Shown: piece by piece, positions 26,407 to 36,889 of the stretch
How positions within the stretch are numbered: position 1 is the first letter of the stretch
Layout of the letters: each line of letters begins with the position of its first letter
The notes under the pieces: model-generated
What the model was told of the DNA's origin: nothing
Databases searched by the model: none
What the model saw: the letters and a program-made list of their open reading frames with translations, nothing else
Source: Eledone cirrhosa
Lineage: Eukaryota
Reading direction: 5' to 3'
Length of the DNA stretch: 64,000 nucleotides
NCBI GenBank assembly: GCA_964016885.1
Contig: OZ024741.1
Location: 251,906,001 to 251,970,000 of the forward strand
Made by a program: the position numbers and the translations under genes

Positions 26407-27064
26407 AATGTAAGTATGTATGTATACCTATACATACATGCACACATATATATATATGTACGTATGAGTTTACTAAACAATTACTATAATGCACGGTTTG
26501 TTTGTAAACAAACAGCCCGAATTACGCCATACAGTATTCAGGCAACCATCGTCAGCTTTTTGCTCAATACTGACACAGGAACGATGTACTAGTTTCAAGT
26601 TTATTAGCTATCATCAGCATCGTATACCTTTCTGTCAGATGGTTGAACATCTGAAAGTATATACTATCCTTATGCATATTAACGGCTGAGCAGCCTAATT
26701 TGCATATCGAGTGAGTTAGTCGGCCGGACGCACCGAAAACGATAAATGGAAAAGAATGAAACAAAATTTCATTTCTCACTCTTAATACGGCTGGTACTTA
26801 AATGTAAGTATGTATGTATACGTACATAATAAGCTTGAAACTGTACGGCGTAATTCGGGCTGTTTGTTTACAAACAAACCGAGCATTATAATAAATGTTC
26901 GGTAAACCGATACGTACATATATATATGTGTGCATATATGTATATATATACATACTACTGTATGTCTGTATACATATATGTATGTACGTATACATACATA
27001 CTTTCATTTAAGTACGAGCCGTACTAAGAGTGAGAAATGAAATTTCGTTTCATTCTTTTCCATT

Positions 27065-27070
<6 letters not shown>
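26407..27070. mobile_element. Complex fold-back element with tandem hammerheads
   Basis: Inverted pairs ~26445-26535/26838-26935 and ~26742-26827/26980-27067. Confidence 0.75.
26581..26623 (-). ncRNA. Minimal type-I hammerhead
   Basis: ACGATG-CTGATGA-TAG..CTT-GAAAC-TA-GTA-CATCGT; perfect 6-bp stem I, palindromic ACTAGT stem III. Confidence 0.8.
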
Positions 27071-27154
<84 letters not shown>

Positions 27155-27199
27155 AATGGAATGGAAAAGAATGTATATATATACATATATATTGAAAGG

Positions 27200-27325
27200 A
27201 TAACAAGGACGATTGGTTGCTCCTTCATTACATTTATTGGTAGGTGACGCGCGTTTCGCCACTGATCAGTTCAAGGTTCGATCTGTATCGATCCTACCCG
27301 ACTCAATGATCGTCAGCTCGGCGGA
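27200..27325 (-). ncRNA. Hammerhead-like motif with large loop-II insert
   Basis: CTGACGA-TCATTGA...TCAGTGGC-GAAAC-GCGC-GTC then AATAAA; stem I poor; 3' part recurs at 54985-55080 and 57783-57878. Confidence 0.5.
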
Positions 27326-27439
27326 CCCTTTAAAATGCTATAAGAAAATGAAATACATGCTATGTGGTAAAGACAGAAGTTCAAGAGTTTGACAATATGA
27401 GTTGTTTTGATTGGTGAGAAGGATCAAAAGGATGTACTG

Positions 27440-27690
27440 GCTTGTAGTGTATATGGGGGGTGGATGTGATGGTGAGATGTTAGTGACGGTCGCTGGATGT
27501 GATGGGCTGTAGTGTGGTGGTGGCGGATTGGCTTTGGCCTGTAGTGTATGTGGGGGTGGATGTGATGATAAGATGTTGGTGACGGTCGCTGGCTGCGATG
27601 GGCTGTGGTGTGGTGGTGGCGCATTGACTTTGGCCTGTAGTGTACGAGGGGGTGTGATGATAAGATGGTGGTGACGGTCGCTAGGAAAAA
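27440..27690. repeat. ~95-bp imperfect tandem repeat, 3 units
   Basis: GTGACGGTCGCT at ~27483, 27579, 27671. Confidence 0.75.
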
Positions 27691-27709
27691 GCCGCTAGGA
27701 AAAAGTATT

Positions 27710-27806
27710 ACCCCGACGGCAGAGCTCAAGCCTTTTCGACGGCTATTTCTGGACTAAATTAGAATTTTTAGCCTGGTGAATAAATAGCCGAACTTGTCAA
27801 GGGGGT
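27710..27806 (-). ncRNA. Hammerhead with U3-A8 core variant in PLE terminal repeat
   Basis: CCCC-TTGACAA-G..CGGCTATTT...AAATAGCCG.C-GAAA-AGGC(TTGAGCTCT)GCC-GTC-GGGG. Confidence 0.7.
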
Positions 27807-28497
27807 ACTTCTTATATGGGAAGATTGTAGTTGTCAAGAGGATTGGTTACAATTTGTTGTAAACACAAATAAGTCTATCATGGCATTTGGTGGGAGGTAA
27901 GGGTGGCTGAACTTGCCTGTAGAACAATAGGGGAGTGAATGGAGCGGTCAAGTGTTGAAAGTGATATGTATACAGCAGATTCTAAGGATAGTGTATGAAA
28001 TGGAGGAGGGAGGTTATAGAAAAGGTAAATCGAATGAGAGTAGGAGACAATAAAAGATAATAGAAAGAAATAAAAAATATATAAAATTAGATAGTGAGAA
28101 ATGAATAAAAACATCACAATACTATCTTACAATTACAGGTTAATAAGTTGAGAATAGAAAAAACTTGTAGAAATTGAGTAAACAAATACAAAATTAAAGG
28201 GGTTTAACACGTCTGCTATAAGTAGTTAGTAAAACGTATTCGGCCAATTCTATCTTAAAATTACAGGGGTGGGGGAACTGATGCTACAAAGGCCCGATGG
28301 GCTGCATCGAGGTAGGTGAAAGAGGAAAAGCAGACGAGGAAGGAAATAGGGGGTGGAAGGAAGTGATAGGATGAGACAGGAGGAAGAAGAAGACAAAGAG
28401 GAAAAGAAAAGAAAAGAAAGGAGATACGTCTACCTAAGTAAGCTGGGGTTTCCCCTAACTTATTCGGCAAGTGAGGGAGGGGGATATCAGCCCTTAT

Positions 28498-28950
28498 CTA
28501 CCCACCCGGGTCATTATGGGGTTTGAGGGCGAGGTAAGTCCTATACAATCTGTGTTTGCATGCGGTTACCAGTTCGTCTTTCTTGTTTAGGAGTTGGTCC
28601 TCCGAAAACACCATTCGTAATGTTTCCTCTGAGCATAAGTTACACGGACGGCATCCTCCCATGTAAGAGTTAGCTCTGGACAGTAAGCTCCAAGTGAGAT
28701 TGCAGGTTATATTATTATCTTGGAGGTCCCAGATGTGGCCCAAAAGTGTAGTGGCATGTCGCCGGACCGGGTTTCGGAAAGTATGTCGGTGTTGGTAGAG
28801 CCGGGTCTTGAAACACACGCGGTTAATCCTATATAAGCTTTGTTGGAGGTGTCCGTCCTCATGTTGCACAGGAAGATCATGTTATGTTCTCAGCATTTGT
28901 TGTTGAGGGGGCACATAGATCTATCAGGGCAGTTACACCTCCTGATCGGC
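28498..28950 (-). pseudogene. Naiad-type Penelope GIY-YIG endonuclease, disrupted
   Basis: CNCPDRSMCPLNNKC*EHNMIF...AYIGLT / frameshift / FKTRLYQHRHTF..LGHIWDL..W...CNLCSEE..LLNKKDELVTACKHR. Confidence 0.88.
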
Positions 28951-29410
28951 TCTCCACTGAATTCTAGGTTATTTCTTTAATTTTGTATGGTTATGTCTAG
29001 GTTCAACCCCTTTGATTTTGTATCAGTTCTGGTACTACTAAATTCTACAAGTTTTTTCTATTCTCAACTTATTAACCTGTAATTGTAAGATAGCATTGTG
29101 ATTTGTTTTATTCATTTCTTACTATCTAATTTTATATATATTTTTTTTCTTTCTATTATCTTTTATTGTCTCCTACTCTCATTCGATTTACCTATTCTAT
29201 AACCTCCCTCCTCCACTTCATACACTATCCTTAGAATCTGCTGTATACATATCACTTTCAAAGCTTGACCGCTCCATTCACTCCCCTATTGTTCTACAGG
29301 CAAGTTCAGCCACCCTTACCTCCCACCAAATGCCATGATAGACTTAGTTGTGTTTACAACAAATTTTAACCAATCCTCTTGACAACTACAATCTTCCCAT
29401 ATAAGGAATT

Positions 29411-29507
29411 ACCCCTTTGACAAGTTCTGCTATTTATTCACCAGACTAAAAATTCTAATTTAGTCCAGAAATAGCCGTCGAAACAGCTTGAGCTCTGCCG
29501 TTGGGGT
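29411..29507 (+). ncRNA. Inverted copy of the U3-A8 hammerhead
   Basis: ACCCC.TTGACAA...GACTAAA/TTTAGTC...GAAAC..GTT-GGGGT. Confidence 0.65.
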
Positions 29508-29521
29508 CATACTTTTTCCTA

Positions 29522-29977
<456 letters not shown>

Positions 29978-30227
29978 CTTCAGTGACAGCCATCTTTGGC
30001 TGTGACCTCTTCAGGCAGTCCGAATTAGTGTGGTAATGAGGAATGTTCTAACAACTGACCAATGAGAGGAGAAGAGGGCCTTTGACACTGAAATTTGTTT
30101 GTTTGAATTCATATGATTCCAGTTCCTCAGTGAAATAACAACCCAACCAGGAACTGGGCATATCAGAGTATTGACAAAATTATACACCTCAACAACATAT
30201 GTACTTGTCTATACCACACTAATTCGG

Positions 30228-30282
30228 ACTGCCTGAAGAGGTCACAGCCAAAGATGGCTGTCACCGAAATATATATAGCAGT
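30228..30282 (+). ncRNA. Type-I hammerhead followed by AATAAA; inverted truncated copy at 29978-30035
   Basis: ACTGC-CTGAAGA-GGTCACAGCCA(AAGA)TGGCTGTCACC-GAAA-TATATATA-GCAGT. Confidence 0.85.
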
Positions 30283-30473
30283 AATAAACGAAGCTAAATT
30301 TTAAACATTTGACTTATTTATTTTATTTTATTTTACACTACTCCGGAGTAACCAAACCAACCTGCGCACTTCGTCGAGTGCTCCAATCTGCATACTGAGG
30401 TGTTGGTATACAACCAACATATACTCAAAATCTATATATACATATATATATATATACAGATATATATATATAC

Positions 30474-30518
<45 letters not shown>

Positions 30519-30751
30519 CACACACACACACATATATATATATATACATAAATATTTATATATATATATGTATATATATATATGTATATTGTTATACTTT
30601 GGGAGGGTCATGTTGCCAATAAGAAACACACGCACCAGTTGCTTTCACTTCAATTTATTATATATTTATAAATTTATAAATTTACAAATTTACAAACTTA
30701 TAAATTTCTGGTTGGTTGGTTGGTTCCACAACCAGATAGTTGTTTATATAT

Positions 30752-30796
30752 AGTCATAGTCCTTTCGTCACACACTCTGTGACCTCTTCAGTGACT
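30752..30796 (-). ncRNA. Minimal hammerhead (left arm)
   Basis: Reverse complement of 30878-30922. Confidence 0.8.
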
Positions 30797-30877
30797 GAGC
30801 ACACAACACACACACAGAAACAAAATGGCGTAGGATAGAAGAAAGGAAAGGCACAGAAACAAAGGAAAGGAATCCCC

Positions 30878-30922
30878 AGTCACTGAAGAGGTCACAGAGT
30901 GTGTGACGAAAGGACTATGACT
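30878..30922 (+). ncRNA. Minimal hammerhead (right arm)
   Basis: AGTCA-CTGAAGA-G-GTCACA(GAGTG)TGTGAC-GAAA-GGAC-TA-TGACT. Confidence 0.82.
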
Positions 30923-31416
30923 ATATATAAACAACTATCTGGTTGTGGAACCAACCAACCAACCAGAAATTTATAAGTTTGTAAATTTGTAAATTTATAA
31001 ATTTATAAATATATAATAAATTGAAGTGAAAGCAACTGGTGCGTGTGTTTCTTATTGGCAACATGACCCTCCCAAAGTATAACAATATCGGTTTCAACAC
31101 ACGATTTCAGATAAAGAATCTTGCTAAACAAATTCAGAAACGAAATATATATGTATATATATATATGTGTGTGTGTATAATCAAGATTAAACCAGTATTA
31201 AATTAGTCAGTTCATTACTCAACAGAGTACTCAATATAATAATAATACTACTAATAATAATAATTGTTTCTACTTTTGGCACAAGGACACCAATTACCCA
31301 GTGCATTACTGGTACATTATAACAATAATAATAATAATAAATGTGAAGATCTCGTTAAGGGTGAAAGCAGCGATTCTTTGCTTAAATTTTAATCTGCTAT
31401 TCTAATATATATATAT

Positions 31417-31920
31417 ATAGTGAAAGCGTGAAGAATAACATGGTTAACACTACAAGAAGGGTTTTATTTACAATATTAACAATTGTTTCATTGATTAAGT
31501 TGTCTTAAAATTGCTAATCACTTGAAATTGTGTCACTCACCTTTTTTCTTTCTTTATTACTGATGTTGTAATTTGAATTTGTAAACGCTATGTATAATTT
31601 TATTCAGTTTTCTGATGATGTGGTTAAGCATACATCGTATTTAAAATTGAGTGACACAACTTCAAGTGATTAGCAATTTTAAGACAACTTAATCAATGTA
31701 ACAATTGTTAATACTGTAAATAAAACCCTTCTTGTACCGTTGACCTTGTTATACTTCACTCTTTCACTATTATTATTCCAAGATTAACTTACATAGAAAT
31801 TCCCAAGAACTCACAAACTTGCTACCTAAGGAAACCTCTTGTTGAGTCAAACAACGCTGTATGCTAAAACTATCCACAATACGGAATATTAAAAACCTCT
31901 AACTGGATTACCTATCCCGT
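31417..31920. mobile_element. Fold-back element family E with long-loop hammerhead (31608-31713)
   Basis: Arms 31417-31539/31648-31770; CTGATGA..TGGTTAAG...CTTAATCA..G(T/A)AAC-AATT-GTT; tail similar to 55855-56020. Confidence 0.75.
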
Positions 31921-32039
31921 GTATATATATATATATATATATATACATATATACATATATATGTATATATATACATCTATATATATATACACACATACAT
32001 CATCATCTGTATATATGTTTGTGTGTATATACATATATG

Positions 32040-32081
<42 letters not shown>

Positions 32082-32438
32082 TACATATATATATATACAT
32101 ATATATATACATATATACATACATATATAGATATATATATAGATATATATATATAGACATACTCATAAACTACTAATATCTACTTACACTCTCTCACTCA
32201 TTTATTTCTTTATATTTTCCATTTCATCATTTTCTTATTATTTTTTTTAATATACCCTATCTTATATTTTACCTTTTACTTTTTACACCTGTAACTTCTC
32301 TATCTATTTACCATACATGTTTTATTATTGATGTTATTGTTTTAATTATACGCTATTTTATTATTGATGTCTTGTTTTGGTTTTAACTGTTTTTCTATAT
32401 AAGTCTTGCCTCGAGTGAATTATTTCCATATCTACATG

Positions 32439-32543
32439 CTCTGATGTGTTGACCAGTGGTAAATAATGTATTGGGGATCGATTGATGCAACCTCAAGCGA
32501 TTAGCGAACTCTAGACTCACCTGATCAACAAAACAATTGTCAG
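32439..32543 (+). ncRNA. Degenerate long-loop hammerhead (family E)
   Basis: CT-CTGATGT-GTTGACCAG...CTGATCAAC-AAAAC-AATT-GTC-AG; intact GAAACAATTGTC seen in a relative at ~13105. Confidence 0.55.
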
Positions 32544-32633
32544 TACTTTAAATAAAGCCCCTTATTGTACAGCCAACCATGTTACTCTTCATTCTTTAAC
32601 TATATATACACATATATATACATATATACATAT

Positions 32634-32665
<32 letters not shown>

Positions 32666-32666
<1 letters not shown>

Positions 32667-32868
32667 ACGAAGGAAATGTGGTATGGAACCAGGTGGACCA
32701 TAACGAACCAAAGTACTCAATACTTAGGGTAGTAGAGTGGGTAATAGGAACAAGTAGGACCCCGACGGGTTAGCTCAAGCCATTTCGACGGCTAATTCTG
32801 GACTAAAAGTCCAGAATTAGCCGTCGAAACGGCTTGAGCTCAGCCGTCAGGGTCCTACTTGTTCCTAT
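32666..32868. mobile_element. Fold-back element family A
   Basis: Same ends as 2137-2342; turn at GGACTAAAAGTCC. Confidence 0.88.
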
Positions 32869-32899
32869 ATATATATATATATATATATACATAACGGCG

Positions 32900-33030
32900 A
32901 TGAATTAGTTTTGCGAGGTTTTTGATATGAAATCGTGTGTCGAAACTAATATTGTTATACTTGGGGAGTGTGTTCTGTTATTAATTCTGGCAATATTACA
33001 CAAATATGACCCTCCCCAAGTATAACAATA
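32900..33030. mobile_element. Family C tail with short fold-back
   Basis: ATATTGTTATACTTGGGGAG ... CTCCCCAAGTATAACAATAT. Confidence 0.7.
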
Positions 33031-33229
33031 TATATATACATATATAAATATATATATATACATATGTATACATATACATATATACATATACATATGTATA
33101 TATACACATACATATATATATACATATACATATATACATATACATATGTATATATACATATATATATATACATATACATACATGCATATACATATATATT
33201 CATATACAGATATATATATATATATACAC

Positions 33230-33280
<51 letters not shown>

Positions 33281-33283
<3 letters not shown>

Positions 33284-33532
33284 TGTAGGTGTCACGACAA
33301 AAAAACACACAGTCCACGCTGTAATGTGGCCGTGTAGGCAACACGGTAAAAACCTCCCAGCCCCACACTGTAAATGTGGTTGGCGTTAGGAAGGGCATCC
33401 AGCTGTAGAAAACCCGCCAGACAGTCCTATGCGAGCAAGACAATCACTCTTGCCTCAAGTGGGAAAACTCCCGTCCAAACCCATGCAAGCGTGGAACACG
33501 GACGTTAAACGATGATGATGATGATGATGATA
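33281..33532 (+). mobile_element. RTE 3' UTR fragment
   Basis: Matches 15690-16150; (GAT)n tail. Confidence 0.88.
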
Positions 33533-34245
33533 TCATCATCATCATTTAACATCCACTTTCCTGTTTGCACTGGTTGGATGGGTCTTCACAGAATGAGTCA
33601 GTTCTGAAGTGGGGCTACTAACCTCCTGGACAGGCCAAAGTTTCACATGTCACTCATATAGAGATCCATATTCTACAAGGTGAATTTATCGTGGTTCCAG
33701 CACAAAAGAGATTGTCATATATATATGTGTGTGTGCACAAGACTATCCTGTCTCTAAAATGACAAGACTCATCACTTAACCAGAACAAATAATATTATAT
33801 CTATATATGTAGTGTCTGAGCTGCAAACACCAAGGAGACAACAAATAAGAGTAATCTCTCCAAGCTTTGAGAGATCACAAGCTGACACAGCCTGAGCTCA
33901 TGGACAAACCTCTACCTCATTAATATTTCATTAACATTCAGCACGCTCTAGGTGCATTTTGTCACCATTAGAGTAATATCCCCTAAATACATAATGCAGT
34001 GTCAAGGGAAACAATTCATGAAAATTTCTGGCATGCTAAAGGGTAATACATATATACATATATATATATATGTATGTATGACTCTGTAGCTCATTAGAAC
34101 ATTCAACGGAATGCAATATGATGAAAGCCTACTGCAAAAACAAGAACTCTCATCCCTGATCTTCTTAGAATAATTACTTCTGGACCACATGGAGTTATAA
34201 CAATGTTATTGGCCCTACTATAAGGCAGGTAGATACCAGTATTTA

Positions 34246-34476
34246 TAGGGCCGAATTTAACGCGAGGCAAAGGGGGCAATTGCTCTGGGCCCTCTACAAT
34301 TTATTTGTGCTCTCAGCTGGGCTTTTTAGTTTTAGGATGGTTAGAATTTTTGAATTTAATACTCATATGTTTAACTTTTCAATTCCAATTACTTTGATAT
34401 TTAAAATTGGGGGGTTGCTGTGTATTCTAATTTTTTTATGTATGAGGGGCCCCCAAAAGGTTTAAATCCGACCCTG
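34246..34476. mobile_element. hAT-type MITE
   Basis: TIRs TAGGGCCGAATTTAA / TTAAATCCGACCCTG; 8-bp TSD AGTATTTA/AGTATATA. Confidence 0.78.
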
Positions 34477-34504
34477 AGTATATATATATTTATATATATG
34501 ACTT

Positions 34505-34712
34505 TAGAGCAGCTCTCACTGCCTCTATCCAGGTCTAGAGGTAGACCAAGAAAGACCTGGGAAGAGGTGGTGAGAGCTGATATCAAGTTGCTGAGACCCA
34601 GAAAGGAGTTGACAAAGGAATGTGACAAGTGGAGAGATCCTGTTTTTGAAAAAGACCCATCTAACCCATGCAAGTGTGGAATAATTGATGTAAAAACGAT
34701 GACGATGATGAT
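34505..34712 (+). mobile_element. RTE LINE 3' end
   Basis: RSRGRPRKTWEEVVRADIK...DKWRD; CCCATGCAAG, (GAT)n. Confidence 0.85.
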
Positions 34713-34859
34713 GCATACACAATTTCAGTGCTGGATGGGATATTTGAGGGGGGTAGTAGTAATAACAACAACAAAGATAACAGTCAAACTATTGATACAA
34801 TATTAATAACAACAATAACAATTACTTATACCACCACATGACTGAAATATGGGGTAAGG

Positions 34860-36290
34860 GAAGAGATAAGCAAAGTTGACCTCTGTAGGATTTGAACTCA
34901 GAACTTTAAGGGATGTAACTAAAAACTACAAAACAATTTATTGGACAATTTACTGATTTTGTCAAAGCAGCTTTCTATCAATAATATTAATAATTGTTTT
35001 TACTTTAGGCACAAGGCCAGCAGTTTGAAGGGAAGGGGAAAGTCGATTAAATCGACCCCCAGTACATTACTGGTACTTTATTTTATTGACCCCGTAGAGA
35101 TGAAAGGCAAAGCTAACTTCGGCGGGATTTGAACTCAGAACGTAAAGGGCCGTGACACTGTGCTACGAACCATGGTGTCCGTCACTCTACTGATACTGCC
35201 AATCCACTGCTCTTTTAAATGATAATAATAATTGTTTCTACTTTAGGCACAAGACCAGCAATTATCCCAGTGTATTACTGGTACTTTATTTTATCGACCC
35301 CGTAAGGATGAAAGGCAAAGTTAACCTCGGCGGGATTTGAACTCAGAATGGCAAGGGCCGTAACTCTATGCGTCAAAGCATGGCGTCCGACCCCTCTACC
35401 AATACTGCCAATGATAATAATAATGATTTCTAATTTAGGGTCAGGGCCAGCAATTTTATTTTTGGTGGGGAAGGGTTTGTATCAACTACAGTAGCTGACT
35501 TATACTTAATTTTATTGATCCTTAGAAGGATGAAATACAAAGTTAGCCTCAACAGAATTTGAACTCAGAACATAAAGAGCTGGTCCAAATACTTGTTTCT
35601 AATTTTGGCACAAGGCCAGTAATTTTAGGGGAACGAAAAAGTATATTACATCATCTCCAGGACATAACTCATATTATTTTTATCAACCCCTGAAGGATGA
35701 TTGACAAAGTTGACCTCAGTATGATTTGAATTCAGAACTTAAAGAGATACAACAAATATTGTTATGTCCACTGGTTTAACAATTCTGCTACTCCACCACC
35801 TTTACTAATGTAGGTACAAGGCCAACACATTGGGGCGACAGAGGGAAGTTGATAACATGGACTCCAGTAGTTAACTGGTACTTCATTTTATTGACTCCTG
35901 AATGGTGAAACACAAAGTTGACATAAGTGAGATTTGAACTCAGAACATAAAGACCAAAAACAAATACTGCAAGGTATTTTACTTAATGCTGTACTAATTC
36001 TGTCAATTTATCATAATCTAGTAATGATAATAATTCCTTTCTAACACTGGCACAAGGCTAGCAATTTGGGGGAGAGAACATTTGATTAAATCGATCCCAG
36101 TGCATTACTGGTACTTATTTTGTTGACCCTGGAAGGATGAAAGGCAAAGCTGTCCTTGGTGGGAATTGAACTCAGAACTACACATAGGGAATACTAAAAC
36201 AAGGCTACACATTTTTGGGTAGGAGTTACAGTTGATTAGATTGATACCAATATATAACTGGTATTATATGTTATTGAACCTGGAGGTAAA
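34860..36290 (-). mobile_element. Cluster of ~8 co-oriented SINE family 2 copies
   Basis: Recurrent CACAAGGCCAGC..ACTGGTACT..GATGAAA..AAAGTT.ACCTC..TTTGAACTCAGAA. Confidence 0.9.
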
Positions 36291-36889
36291 AAAGATAAAT
36301 AATTGCTAGTGGCATTGTTAGTGTGGTGATAGTAATGTTGTTGGTGTGGTGTTTGTGTTGTTCTTAGTGTGGTAGTAGTGTGATGTAGGGGTAGTGTTAA
36401 TATAGTGGTAGTGATGTTTTTGGTGTGGTGCTTGCGTTGTTGTTAGTGTGGTAGTAGTGCTATTATTAGTGTGGTGTAGGGATAGTTTTAGTGTGGTATA
36501 GGGATAGTGTTAGTGTGGTGATAAGGAGATTGTTGGTGTGGTGTTTGTGTTGTTGTTAGTGTGGTAGTAGTGCTGTGGTCAGCGCAGTGTTAGTGTTATT
36601 GTTGGTGGAGTGTTAGTGTTGTTGATAGTGTGGTGTTAGGGCTGTTGCTAGTGTGGTTGTAGTGTGGTGTTATTGCTGCTGTTGCTAGTGTGGTTGTAGT
36701 GTGGTGTTAGTGCTGTTATTAGTGTGGCCATAGTGATGTTGTTGGTGTCGTGTTTGTGCTGTTGTTAGTGTAGTAGTAATGTGGTGTTTGTGCTGTTGTT
36801 AGTGTAGTAGTAATGTGGTGTTAGTACTGTTGTTAGTGTAGTAGTAGTAGTGTGTTCGTAGTGCTGGTGTTAGTGAAGTTGTTAGTGTG

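Larger units (their letters stand above)
27696..29521 (-). mobile_element. Penelope-like element 3' part with long inverted terminal arms
   Basis: Arms ~27696-28180 and ~29036-29521 are inverted copies flanking a GIY-YIG remnant; right end joins (TA)n. Confidence 0.9.
30586..31140. mobile_element. Fold-back element family C, ~210-bp apparently identical arms
   Basis: ~30586-30797 is the reverse complement of ~30877-31088; (TA)n on both sides. Confidence 0.92.

Noticed and set aside
28890-28892. In-frame TGA as selenocysteine in the Naiad-type EN
   Set aside because: It follows the fourth Cys rather than replacing a Cys, the copy is also frameshifted, and no SECIS was recognised
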